From assembly GCA_030704615.1 (NCBI GenBank), contig CM060734.1:3410001-3474000 (forward strand): DNA of 64,000 bases, read 5' to 3'. Positions 24,877 to 38,064 of this stretch are shown here, in pieces. Within the stretch, counting starts at the first letter, position 1. The number at the start of each line of letters is the position of its first letter. The notes beneath the pieces were generated by a model. The model saw only the letters and a list, made by a program, of their open reading frames with translations, searched no databases and was not told the DNA's origin. A program made the translations under genes and the position numbers. The DNA is from Takakia lepidozioides. Its lineage: Eukaryota > Plantae > Bryophyta.

Positions 24877-27800
24877 ATGGCGAGTAAAGAAGTGAGCGCT
24901 CCTTACCGCGCCTCCACCAACGGTTCTCTTTACGCCCTTGCAGTCTTCCAGAATCTTTCTAATTTAGGTCAGTTTCTCTATCACCGCAGCTTTCTGCTTC
25001 ATGATACACGTGTGAATTGATCTTATTCCATACGTAGTGTTGTAATATGTATTTAGCAGCGTCGTGCTTGTAACCTGGATGGTCAGAACGGAAACAATTC
25101 CTTACAGAGCTCCTCCCACTGTGGGGACGTGTTCGGGTTACATTGCAATCTGCGAGGTATCGTTGTATGGGGGAACATTGTTGGATCGAGGATCGGTTCA
25201 GATAGAGGGCTCGCCGTGGGATAAGTACACATAGTCCCCAGGGTTCGAGGATGCTGTGGCGGTAGTTAAGTTTGATAAAAAAAATTCTTGTGTTGGTGAG
25301 AAAAATCTATGATTGATGTGTCGCCTTGGGTCGCTTATCCTTCCGGCACTTGGTGTGGGGTTCGTACCCACCGCTATATTGAGTTTGTGTGTCGTGCAGA
25401 GGGAGAATCTACTCTTAAGCCGTTTTGGTTGTGGCCATAGACCCCACGCCCAGTTTGGGCAGAACAAAAGGGGACAGACACTACCTTTGTCAGGGGCTCA
25501 CTCCAGTAGTGGGACTTAACGTGATATAAACGATTTGTTCTGGCTCTCCAGGTAAGCCCTTCACATAAGCATCAATCTGCTGTGTGTGATCTTCCCAGCA
25601 GTTAGACCTCAACAGGGCCAGGGCTTTAAACTCAGCCTTGAGATTTTGAAAGTTGCACCTGTCTTTGAGAGAGAGAAAGAGAGTCTACGACATTGTATCA
25701 GAAAATGGATAATGTCTTCAGACCGCCTGCATATTGGGCATTGGCAATCTCCCTTTCCTCTGTGCATCTGTTTATTGTTCAAAGGTAGACTCCTGGCCCC
25801 GAGTTTAAATTTCAGTCTAGTGCCAACGGTTAGTGGCCCTTCAGGTCATCCTTAAGGTCCTCACCCTTGTCAGAGACTGTAAACAAAGTTCAGGGAGGTT
25901 TTATGCCTAACTTCGTTTTGTTTGGACATTCTTTGTGCTTCCAACGTGATCTTAGACACTTCAGCCTCCAAGTCAGCTTTGTTTAGCAGTGTCAGTTCTT
26001 CCTGCCTAATATTCAAGTACTGGAAAATCTCCTCTACCATTTTCTGCCAGGACTTTAGTCTGTTTAACTGGATGGTCTTGCTTCCAAGAAATAGAGTTGA
26101 TAATCTTAGGGTATCTGGTATTAGGTTTGCAGTTCAAATGACCCCACCATCTGACCTTGAACTCATCATGTCGAGAGCTCAGGACGGTATGCCAAAGTTG
26201 TCCTGAACAGCCACGGTAGCTGTTCTAGAGCATGCTGACATGCTCAGTTTGAGCACCGAAAGCTGAATGGATTCTGAAGTTTTAGCATTGTTGGAGTTGC
26301 TCTCCCACACAGCTAACGTGTCTCTGGGGTAGGCCTACTGACGTTGCAAAACATGGTCCTTTTTAACTGAGTAATCCCTCTGCAGTGGAGAGACCCAAAG
26401 TTTTGCAATTAGGTGTTTGAACCACTTTTTGTATATGCACATCCCAGTCACAGCTGGAGGAGAACTGAACACCAAGATATGTGTAGGAAGGGAGCACATG
26501 GATCTCTTCACTGCCCCATGTCCGTTGGAGATCCCCTCCTCCCTCCCCACAATCATTCAAAGCCTACCACATTCAGAGAGAATGTACTTGTAAGATGTTG
26601 TTTGCCGTAGCTTTGTGGTCATTGACTGCGTGCCCAATTTGGGGGAACAACAGTAGTGTGACTTACCTTGATATAAACAACTAGTTCGGGCTTTCCAGTA
26701 TCCTCTTGAAAGCCCTTCACACAAGCATCAATCTTCTGTGTGTGAGCAACCCAAAAGTTAGACGCCAACAGGGCCAAGGCTTTAGGCTCAGCCTTGAGAT
26801 GTTGAAAGTTGGTGAACAGAGGTGCAGGAACCGTGTTTTTCATGTTCCTGAAGAGGGTCACTCTGGTGAGAATACCTGGGACAGTTTTCTGATATTGTTC
26901 CTGCACATAGGGCAATTACAATCTCCTTTTCCTCTCTGCATCTGTTTATTGTGCAGAGGTGGCTCCCTGCCCTGGGTTTAAATCTCAGTCTAGCGCCGAG
27001 GGTAGGTACGCCCTTCACATCCTTAAGGTCCTTGCCCATGTCACAGACTGGAAACAAGTTCAGTTTTATGCCTAATTTCATTTTCATCAGACACTCCTCG
27101 CAGAGAGAGAAAAAGAATGTACTCATTTGCCGTAGCCTTGTGGCCATAGACCCCTGCTCAGTTTGGGTGGGACACACGGGAATAGAAAGTACCTTTGTGA
27201 GGGGCTCACTCCGGTAGTGACTTGATAGAGACAATTAGTTCGGGTTTTTCAGATATCCTCTAGAAAGCCCTTCATACAAGCATCAACTTGCTGTGTGTGT
27301 GTTGCCCAGCAATTAGACCCCGAGAGGGCCAGGGCTTTAGGCTCAGCCTCAAGATTTTGGAAGTTGGTGAACAGAGGTGCAGGGACAAAGTTCTTGATCA
27401 TGCTGAAGAGGGTCACTCTCTGGTGAGAATATCTCGCACAATGTATTAGAAAATGGATAATGTCTTCAGGCACATTGGGCAATTACAATCTCCTTTTCAT
27501 CTCTGCATCTGTTTATTGTTCAAAGGTAGGTTTCCCGCCCCAAGCTCTAGTGCCGAGGATAGGTAGGCCCTTCAGTTCATCCTCAAGGTCCTCGCCCATG
27601 TCACAGACTTGTTGTAATGAACATCATATCTTATCACGCTTCTTTGTTGAGCTCAGCATGCCAATACAAGTGCAGCATTCTCTTACTACACAAACATTCT
27701 TTGTAGTCGATTTGTTCTTGCAAACTTCAAAGTCAAAATGTACAGAGGAATATTGCAAGCTTCCTTTCTTTGTAGATATCTAGAAGAGTTCGTCGACTAC

Positions 27801-30800
27801 TTTAAACAGTAGTCCTTCTGTTAAGCACCATTCATGCCAGATTGCAAGACTTCCATCTGTTCATGATGCCAGTTACTGGCAGATGACAGCTGCAGATAAC
27901 AGTTTGTCAATGACAACTGTGGAGGATTTTTTATTCATGCTTGAGGGACCTGTGTGATGCATAAAAATATTTGGCTTAGAGCATGTGTGAGGTGGCTTAA
28001 ATGCTTCGAATGATGCCCCTTTGTCACCTTGGTCTTTTGGTTGTAGTGCACTATATCTGTCTGCTGTATTGGTCACTCGTGCAAATACAGACAACTTTTC
28101 TGTTCTATGCCATTTCTTTGTGGTCTTGTCTGTTCTGCCATTATGGACTTGTGTCGAAAAGGTCTCGAATTGGTCTATTGGCTCTTCCATATTATCAGGG
28201 TGTTCCTTTGGTTTTGTGCTCCTCATTGACTCATGCCCTACTTTTGTTTCAGAACTCGTCAAGAGTGTCCATCTGTACATGGATGATGGCTCTATTACAG
28301 CCATTCAACAAGAGTTTCTACTTTCACCAGGGGTGTATGCTCAAATTAGTGAACCCATACCATCATACTTCAGCAAGTTCGCCCCCAAGGGTGCGGAGCA
28401 GTTTATGAGCACACTGAAGCACTTGAATGAGGCGGACTTCTGGCAGTGCGTGCTGGAATACAACAGCCATACCCCTCAGTCCACATCCATAGTGCCTTTG
28501 TTGAGTGTCTCTAAGTACGTATCTGTCTTTCCACCTTTTCCAGCGGATCACACACGACGGAGGATAGAAGCATGAGGGATTTGAGGGCACAGGTTATAAT
28601 AAGAACTTAAACAGGTGTTTTGAGTGTCAGTCTGGATTGAAAACCAACATACTTGGCTGTTGAATCCGACTTCAATGAGTTTCTATTGTGAGTCATTGGA
28701 TTGTCCAGTTCTGTTTTTCCTGACACTGACAACCTTTTGCAGAAACCCTGCCCTGCAGTATCTGCCATCTTTAGCAGAGGACCTGGCAGTGGTGGAGAAA
28801 GCTGTCCAGAACCAAGGGCATGGGCATCAATGTATGTATCTTTTGGGTCCCCCCAGTTCAACTGAGCAGCAACAGTACCCCTGCCAACTGTCTCCTGATG
28901 CCTGGAAGGAATCCAAATGGAACCTTTTCGCCTTATCTGCTTTGACTGTGGAAACACCAAGTGTTCCCCAAGGAGATGTGTTGCCCACCGAAACACATGA
29001 GCAAGTGGAGAATGTGCATGAGTGGGGGTCTGATCTTGAACTGGCAAGCCCTCGCATGTTGGACACTTGCATCCTAGGTTCTACCTGGAGCACAAGCATC
29101 ACCAATCCGCCCTTAACAGGTTGGATCATTATGCATTAAGCTTGCAACCTTCTTCTGGTCTGAGGATTTCTGAAGCTCTTTCACCAACACAGCATATTTA
29201 AGGGGAGATCAATATAAAGCACTGCTAGGACTGCCGATCAAAGTTTCACTCCTGACTACATTTAGTCCGTATGCTGTTTAATCTGAAAAGTTTGCTTGGA
29301 TGTTTTGCAGCATTGATGTCGGCACCAAGTCCAGAGTCAGGCATAGTAACTAGCTGTAAGGCTGACTGCACTTTCTGGACTCCTTCATCGCTGGTTCTAG
29401 AGGAGAAGATGACTGGGGCATGTGACTCTCAAACAGAAGGGTCTTCCTTGTCTGGTGAATGCAACCAGGGCCAGGCTAAGCTGGTACTCAACTGTGACTC
29501 ATCACATGCAGGAGCCTTGCTTCCTTTTACTTCCTTGCCGGTTCAAGCAAGTATAAATGCTCTCTCTCATAATAGGAACAATCCTGGCTCTCTGTCAGTG
29601 AAACGAGTGGCTAAAAGCACAAGGTCCCTCTGCAGTGATGAAAGCGTTGGTACCCCAGCAGGAAGTGAGAGGCTTCCTCCCGAGGCTCTTATGACAGGGA
29701 CTAGTGAGTGCAGGAATGAAGAAGGTATGGTGCCAGAAACGGACTCGTTCCAGCTGTCCAAGTTTAATAATCGACCTGGAGGTCTGAGAGACTCAATGGC
29801 TACACAGAGTATTTTAGATAAGGTTGCTGAACCTCAAAACCCACGTGGGCCCACAGAGAGGATGACTGATATTACACTAAATGAACTCTCTCAGTACTTC
29901 CACATGCCTATTACCCAAGCTTCAAAAGAGCTCAAAGTTGGGCTTACTGTTCTGAAAAAGAGGTGTCGGGAGTTTGGAATTCCACGGTGGCCACACCGCA
30001 AAATGAAGAGCCTGGACAGCCTTATCCACAACATTCAGGTAGACACCGGTCTGTTTCTTACTCATCCCAAGTATTATCCATCACTGGCAGATTAACTTTG
30101 AAATTTGTTTAGCACATTTTCTTATTGTAGCTTTGATCAAGCAGTGAGATTCGTATGGGAAGAAGTCAGCAAGCGCTAGACAGTCAGAAGTATTGTTAGT
30201 TTTTGCTATTGGATGTTATGGTGCTGATGGAAGTTGCACAGATAATACTTAAACGCCAGGTTTATTAAGGACAGTCACTTGAACGCAATGTGTGAGTCAA
30301 TCAGGAACTTATCTGAAGAAGACATGGCAGTGATTCCCCACCTCTGGCAGTGGGATTTCCGAGTGACTCCTTTCTGACTTAGGAATCTCTTGGCAAGACT
30401 AGACCAGTATCGGTCACTTGGTAAATGAAAAACTTGACATCCCTCTAGGATTTTGCTCAAAGTTTCATGTTGCACCATGTTACAGTTTGCATGCATAATG
30501 ACGCCTGCTAAGCAAGGCTGCTTGTAAGGTTATCTCCTATTTGGCTATGGGAGCTTCTTAGACAATTTCTGAACTGTCCAACCTGACGAAACCCATCGTG
30601 GGCACTTAAACCTCGGTCAGGTAATTATAAGACTCAAAAGGTCACCTGCAGTTGTCCATTCTGTCATGAGAAGATTGATCAAAACAGCACTGGTTAGTGC
30701 ATAGTGTCCCATAATTTCTATCCTAAGCAGCATGTTTATGCAACAGATTTGAGGGGAAATTATCTGTCCTAAGTTCCAGGCATGGAGTGTAGTTTGTTAG

Positions 30801-31605
30801 TTAGGGAAACTACTGAGATTAACATAGGAATCTTTCTTGTTGCTGCTCTTGATGTGTGATTGGCCCTGTAGATTAGTGGCATAGTTCTCCTCCCAAGCTC
30901 ACACTATCCTGACATATCAAATCCCCTCTCAATAGCGAATAGTCATCCTCAATAATATTGGAGGCCTGATGACCTGTATTCATATATAGACTATCTTCAA
31001 CAGTTTTTTCGACTAGTGAGTTGATAGGTGGTTATATTTTGGACTTCTGACACAACTTGTTTAGATGCGAAGTGAGCACATTTGGCTGGCAAAAGCAATG
31101 CAGTTGGACGAGGATTTAATTCTAAGTTGTACAAACTGTAGTGCACTTCATTTATACACTCTGTAAGTAAACACTGAGTTATCACACTTGATTCACAAAA
31201 CTGAAAGCAGACAACTCCGGTACTAATGCCAAGAGGGTAGAACATGCACACATAGAAGACTGTACTGACACATTCGCCATAAATTCACTGGACCCTATAC
31301 GGCACCTATGGTATTATCAATTGGTGAATATGTAATGTATGGAGATGTTTATGGAGCAGGAGTTGGCAAAGGGCCCAGAGGGAAAAACCTCGGCACCTGT
31401 AATGAGTGCAGTGAAGGAGCTGGAGCATCAGAAGAAGCGGATGGAGGAACGGCCTGGCATTGAGCTGGCAGAGCGCACCAAGAGGTTGCGGCAAGCTTGT
31501 TTCAAGGCCAGCTACAAGAAGCGGCGCCAGGCACAAACAAGCCTTGCTCAACAGGAGTCTGTGGGAGGAGTCTCTGTTAATCAAGGCTTTGCCCTGGTTT
31601 TGTGA
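24877..31605 (+). CDS. RKD: RWP-RK transcription factor, RKD type; exons ~24877-24967, 28253-28514, 28743-29119, 29311-30038, 31360-31605
   Basis: ITLNELSQYFHMPITQASKELKVGLTVLKKRCREFGIPRWPHRKMKSL and the RKD C-terminal helix LAERTKRLRQACFKASYKKRR. No PB1 domain seen. All four GT-AG junctions keep phase (VFQNLSNL-ELVKSVHLY, LLSVS-KNPALQYLPSLAEDL). Confidence 0.9.
25400..27610 (-). mobile_element. Repeated LINE 3'-end fragments in RKD intron 1
   Basis: Three to four related segments, e.g. CPNVPEDIIHFLIHCARYSHQR (C-terminal Zn motif of non-LTR ORF2) and SYTYLGVQFSSSCDWDVHI. Confidence 0.65.
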
Positions 31606-32374
31606 GTGTGGATCTCCCTTCAGTCCAAATACTCTGTCCCATTCCCGGTGAACAATTGGCTTAGAGGATTTGAGGTTGTTCTTGTTAAGATATCCTTCTT
31701 GTCCATCTTGTCCACTACTGTCTCCAGTACTGCATATGCAACAAGTCCTTGGTAACAAACTTCGGAACAATCAGAGGTTGGTCAAGTTGCCGTAAAGGTA
31801 AAAACAGAATCATGCAATTTAACCATGATCGTTAGTCTCCCTTGCGAGATTGGATATTTATCTGGTTCCTTGTTTGTACATTAGGATTAGCACAAAATAA
31901 AAACGATGCGTTGAAACATCAAATTGAAAAGCTGCAACATGGTACATTTTTAGAATCAGACTGCATGTTAAGAGTTGTCAGGAGGGTTGCTTGTACGTGT
32001 AGGAGGCAGAGTGATTGCTGTTAGTTTATACCTGACCCAAGTTTTGAAGGGTGATAAGTTGTACACATTCTTGCCTTGGGCATAAGTCATATCAATTATG
32101 TTCTTCTCTTCCGACACGCCGTTTTCATTTGACTGGTGCCTCTATGTTCTTCTCTTCCGATACGCTGTTTTCATTTGACTGGTGCCTCTATGTTCTTCTC
32201 TTTGAAATTCTAGTTTGTTTGCAGATTTTTTGGTGTGTAAAGTTCCCCGTGATGGTGATGGTGTGATCGGTGGCCACCGTTAGAAGTCTTCAATAAACAC
32301 ACCCCTGTTATACAAACATTTCTTGAAGTACCAATCTTGTGGATGGGTTGTCATATGAGCAGTCCTTGCCGCCA

Positions 32375-33060
32375 AAGGTCCGCCAGTAATGGGGGTCGTT
32401 TCATTTTGCAAAAAATAGAAATAAAAGCGATCGCCAGTAATGGCGGTCACTCCATTTTCTAAAAAAAAAACATAAAAGCGATCGCCAGTATTGGTGGACG
32501 CTGCATTTTAAGAAAATAAAAATAAAATGACTGCCAGTAATGGTGGTCGCTGTAATTTTTTTTTTTTTAAAAACCATCGCCACTAATGGCTGCATTTACA
32601 AAAATTAAAAAATTAAAGCGACCGCCAGTTAATGGCGGTGGCTCTATTTTGCACAAAATAAAAATAAAAGCGACCGCCAGTAATGGCGGTCACTCCATTT
32701 CCAAAGGAAAAAAAATTAAAGCAACCGCCAGTACTAGCGGTCGCTCCATTTCCAAGGAAAAAAAAATTAAAGCGACCACTAGTAATGGCGGTCGCTGCAT
32801 TTACCAAAAAAAAAAAAACGACCGCCATTAATGGCGGTCGCTGCATTTACAAAAAATAAAAAATTAAAGCGACCACTAGTAATGGCGATCGTTCCATTTT
32901 CCAAAAAATAAAAATATAAGTGACCGCCAGTAATGGAGGTCGTTGCATTTACAAAAAAAAAAAATTAAAGCGACCGCCAGTTATGGCGGTCGCTCCATTT
33001 ACAAAAAAACTTCCACAATCAAATCCACAATGGCAGTAATATGGTGCAGGCCGTCGCTCC
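32375..33060. repeat. Type-C palindrome array, ~60-bp period
   Basis: About 11-12 copies of GCGACCGCCA-GTAA-TGGCGGTCGC separated by A-rich linkers. Confidence 0.9.
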
Positions 33061-33849
33061 ACAGTTTCCGGTGAGTGAGGCCTGGGACTTAGCCATTTTC
33101 TCCATCCCTCCCCTCCCACTGCTCATGCTACGATCAGTGACTTATGAAAGCAGGGTGAGATTCGTTCAAATGCACAGCTTTCATCATCTCCATACATCAT
33201 TTCACCCTCTCTCTTCCTCATTCCACCCTCTGCTCACTCCGACTTCTTCACAGAAAAATTCCTTTATCAGAGGTTTCCTTGAAACATCTTCCCACCCCAC
33301 TCTCCCGCCTTCTCAGTTCTGTTAATGAGCCGACTTGCTAACTACGGCGCATAACCCCTTCTGGCAAAATACATCTGGCAGCATGGCTCTGCATGCAAGA
33401 TGGAGGCTCGTTTTGTTTCCCAAGGCCGCGACAAGGAAGTTGCTCTTATGAACAGTGGCAGAAGAGTAGATGGCCAATATTGCGAAGATGCTTGGCCGCC
33501 TTTGCGTGTTCGTCTGCCAGGGAAGTGATCATAACCCTATGGGTGCTCCATCTATACTACTTCTTACTATTGTCACGTTAATGGTATGACAAGCAGGAAT
33601 TACACAATCATGCCCAAGGTCAAGCACACACTTCCTTCTACTTCTCCTAACTGCTACTTTTCGAATATCCAAATGTTAGCAGCTTCTCATTTCCGCTGCT
33701 GATGTTTGCCTCCACAACTGTTAATTACACCTTCAGCTGCAGCTGAAGCCAAGTCGCCCTCTTCTCCCTCCCTCCGCATAAGCTACTCTCTTCTCTCATC
33801 TCTACTTCGTTTCTCTCTCAAATTGTTTATGCTGGAACAATACCCTGCT

Positions 33850-34900
33850 AACATCCGCTACTCTGCGGTCTTGCTCATGGAATCCATAGGACGAAATCCG
33901 AAGCGGGGAAAGCGTCTCCAGCAGGTACAGGGAAAACCCACGTATGGACCAAGAAAAACAACAACACCTCCATTGAGACATCTGGTGGCTCCATCCTGGG
34001 CAAGGGCCCAGCATCCACTGCACCACCTTCATCACCTATGCCTGCGGAAGTTGTGTGGGAAGACACGGTGGTTCAGGTGGAGTCGGAACAGCCAGTTCTT
34101 ACTCTAAACAAGGCCAAAATGCAAGCACAAAAGCAGAAGCTGACTCAAACAGGAATTTTGTTATACTTTCCTGGTAAGCCTCACACTAGAATGTGGATCA
34201 GGCGCTGGGTGCTGGAACACCTGGGAGCGGAAGGAGGATTGGCGCATCACTTCAGTCTCTTTATGGGTAGAGGCTTCTACGCAATATTGTTCTCCTCATC
34301 CACTGATGTGGACAAAGCTTTGCAGTTGAATAGCCAGCGCTCCACAACCAAGGTCTTCATATTCCTCTGGACGCATGACTGGGGACACAAAAAAGGCATA
34401 ATCTAGAAATCAAGGGTGATAGCAATCCCCTTCCTCCCACCCACTTACCTGACCTCCTTGCCAGAAATAGGAGCTAGTTTTGGCACATTCATAGGTGCGA
34501 TGAATGTATGAGCCAACAATGGACCAGATTCTGAGTGTGGATACTGAAGTCACTCACTATGATTTCAATTCGGACAATGGAGTTCCAAAGCTCGTTGTCC
34601 TCATGCCATAGAACGCCCCCATAGCCATCTCCATCAAACTACCAACACTTGATGACTCGTACATAGTAGTGGCGGTGAAAGAGGAGGTCCTCTCCATTAT
34701 CTACTTCCTTTGCAATGCGGAGGGCCATGTCAAGGTGGATTGCCCAAACACTAAGGCCACAAGGAAGGATGAAGGATCTTCACAACCCCTGGAAAACACT
34801 TCGAAATGAGGTCAAAACCAGATTTCTAATGAAATATTGCAAGGGAATCAAGGGAGCAGATCACAGACATGGAGGTGCTGCATACCTCAAAGAAGAGAAA
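33850..34900 (+). mobile_element. LINE (L1-like) ORF1 remnant
   Basis: DUF4283-like WIRRWV...FMGRGFYAILFSSSTDVDKAL...VFIFLW, and Zn knuckle remnant CNAEGHVKVDCP at ~34710-34746. Confidence 0.6.
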
Positions 34901-36675
34901 GAGAAGTGTGGGCATTGTGCTTGTCACCATCCCAACAGGATCAGGTTTCTTCCCAGTGAGAATCGTGGAAGCCTGGGGCTCCTTCCCTTTCATTGAATCC
35001 GACCTTCAGCAGCTGGACACTTCCAGCCTGACAATATCTCTCCTTGACTTGCATTCATTCCAGGCCCCTGCAAGGATGGGCGTCGAGTTTCTCATTGCGA
35101 GAGAGAAGGCAGCAATTTGCATCACCCCTCCGCTGTACACATTTATTGACGATTACACGAATTTCTTTTTGCCAAGCGTCAAACAGGGTTTCCAATCAGC
35201 ATGGGTTACAGAGGCCCAAGCACTTGAGTATGGGATAGGGAGAGAGAAAGACCTCACACTGGCCTCACTAAAGGGGTGCCGCATGAATTCTTTCCTAAAC
35301 TAAACCTCTCTTTATCTCACATTCAACATGTTGGAATAATGGTGGAGAACAATGAACCATTGATTGGGGTCAGAAAAGTATTCATTCCACAGCTTCTCAG
35401 GTTGTCTCTGTTACCTGTTTCTGGATACTTTTCTGTTGTCACATTGGCAGTATCATGTCAAAGTCACTCCAAACTATCAAAGGTTCACTCAACCAGCTAA
35501 CTTGTAGAATTCAACATGAAAATTTAGGGCCAATTCTGATACGATGGAAAAACAGGGTGAAAATGTGTTGCAATGCCTGATTTTATCAATTGTGCCGCTG
35601 CTGCTGCGGCTTCCAGTTGACCATCTACCCTTGCAGGTTTCTTGTAGCTATTGATCCAAAGGGAATCATAGGTAATCTGGAGCTTGAAGTCCGGCTCTCT
35701 TGGATGAATCTGGACCCGCACTCTATCCCTGCTCCTTCAGCTATCCATGCCTCTGTACAAATCATGCATACATCCTTGTCTTGCTGCTAGCAGCTGACAA
35801 TGATAGCCTACATTTGTTCTAGGAAACACCCAACTCAACTCATCACACTAGTTCCTATACTCAATTGCATCTACTACTCTCTGTAATCCAACAGACAGTC
35901 ACATTTTTGCCTTAATTGTCCCACCATTGACTGGGGTCAGAAAAGTATTCATTTCACAGCTTCTCGGGTCGTCTCTGTTACCTGTTTCTGGATACTTTCA
36001 TGTTGTCACATTGGCAGTATCATGTCAAAGTCACTCCAAACTATCAAAGGTTCACTCAACCAGCTAACTCGCAGAATCCAACATGAAAATTTAGGGCCAA
36101 TTCTGATAAGAAGGAAAAACAAGGTGAAAATGTGTTGAAGGAGGTGCCTTCATTAGCAGTGTCTGATTTTATCAATTGTGCCGCTGCTGCTGCGGCTTCC
36201 AGTTGACAATCTACCCATGCAGGTTTCTTGTAGCTATTGATCCACAGGGAATCATAGGTTATGTGGAGCTTGAAATCCGGCTCTCTTGGATGAATCTGGA
36301 CCCACCCTCTATCCCTGCTCCTTCAGCTATCCATGTCTCTGCACAAATCATGCATACATCATTGCCTTGCTGCTAGCAACTGACAATGACAGCTTAGAAT
36401 TGTTCCAGCAAACACCCCAACCTTACTTGTCACATGCGGATGCCTCCGTGTGAGCGCGTGAGCGCGGCCAAGCTCACGCCACTTCACCGGTTCTCGCCAC
36501 GTTGGCTCATGGGTCCGACGCCACGTCAGCAGTCTTCGTCAACGTGGTTAACGCCACGTCACGCCTCGCCATGTCATTTCCACGGGTGTACCTATGACCG
36601 CGGACAGAACAGGGAGAAAATGGCCTATAGTCGTGGAATTGGTAGCCGTAGACTGTTTTTTTTTTTTTTTTTTTG

Positions 36676-37216
36676 CATTTGACATTTGGCATTTGGGTGG
36701 ATGTGATGATCGGTGCCGATCATTACTTCTGTTTTTTTTTATTTTTTTATTTTTTGCTTTTGACATTTGGCATTTGGGTGGATGTGATGATCGGTGCCGA
36801 AATTCACTTCTGTCGGTGCCGCCAATCATTTTTATTTTATTTTTTCTCTTGACATTCGGCATTTGGGTGAATGTGATGGTCGGTGCCGACCATCACTTCT
36901 GTCGGTGCCGCTGATCATCACTTTTTGTTTTTTAATTTATTAATTTATTATTTTTATTGGCTTTTGACATTCGGCATTTGGGCGGATGCGATGGTCGGTG
37001 CGACCATCACTTCTGCCAGTGCCGCCGATCATCATTTTATTTTTTTATTTTTTTGACAATCGGCATTTGGGTGGATGCGATGGTCAGTGCCGACAATCAC
37101 TTCTGTCGATGCCGCCGATCATCACTTTCCGTTTTTTTTTTTTTTTTACATTCGGCATTTGGGTGGATGCGATGATCAGTGCCGACCATCACTTCTGTTA
37201 CCGATCACCACTCTCC

Positions 37217-37250
<34 letters not shown>

Positions 37251-38030
37251 GACATTCGGCATTTGGGTGGATGTAATGGTCGGCACCGACCATCACTTCT
37301 GTCAGTGCCGCTGATCATCACTTTCTGTTTTTTTTAATTTTTAATTTTTATTGGCTTTTGACATTCGGCATTTGGGCGGATGTGATGGTCGGTGCTGACC
37401 ATCCCTTCTGCCAGTGCCGCCGATCATCATTTTTTTTTATTTTTTTTTTACATTCGGCATTTGGGTGGATGCGATGGTCGGTGCCGACAATTACTTCTGT
37501 CGGTGCCGCCGATCATCATTTTCCGTTTTTTTTTTTTTTTTTGACATTCGGCATTTGGGTGGATGTGAGGATCGGTGCCGACCATCACTTCTGTTACCGA
37601 TCACCACTCTCCGTTTTATTTTGTTTTATTTTAATTTAATTTATTTATTTATTTTGGCTTTTGACATTCGGCATTTGGGTGGGTGTGATGGTCGGTGCCG
37701 ACCATCACTTCTGTTAGTGCCGCCGATCCTTTTTTTTGGCTTTTGACATTAGGGCGGATGCGATGGTCGGTGTCAACCATCACTTCTGTCAATGTCGCCG
37801 ATGATCATCATTTCTTTTTTCTTTTTTTTTGGCTTTTGACATTCGGCAATTTGGGTGGATGTGATGGTCGGTGCCGACAATCACTTCTGTCGGTGCCACC
37901 GATCATCACTTTCCTATTTTTTATTTTTTTTATTTTAAATAAATTTAAGGTGGCTTTTGATATTTGGCATTTGGGTGGATGCGATGGTCGGTGCCGACCA
38001 TCACTTCTGTCAGTGCCGCCGATCATCACT
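36676..38030. repeat. Type-B palindrome tandem array
   Basis: About 12 units of TTTGACATTCGGCATTTGGGTGGAT-GTGATGGTCGGTGCCGACCATCAC-TTCTG, separated by poly-T linkers. Confidence 0.92.
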
Positions 38031-38064
38031 TCTATTTTTATTTTTATTTTTTTGTATGCCCAAG

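Noticed and set aside
36676-38030. Palindromic repeats with spacers resembling a CRISPR array (also 32375-33060 and 13311-13560)
   Set aside because: Spacers are poly-T/A or near-identical rather than unique, there are no cas genes, and the context is a eukaryotic transposon.
37695-38064. N-terminal extensions of the 370-aa ORF (and of 13863-14210)
   Set aside because: They are translations of the palindrome arrays, open by chance.
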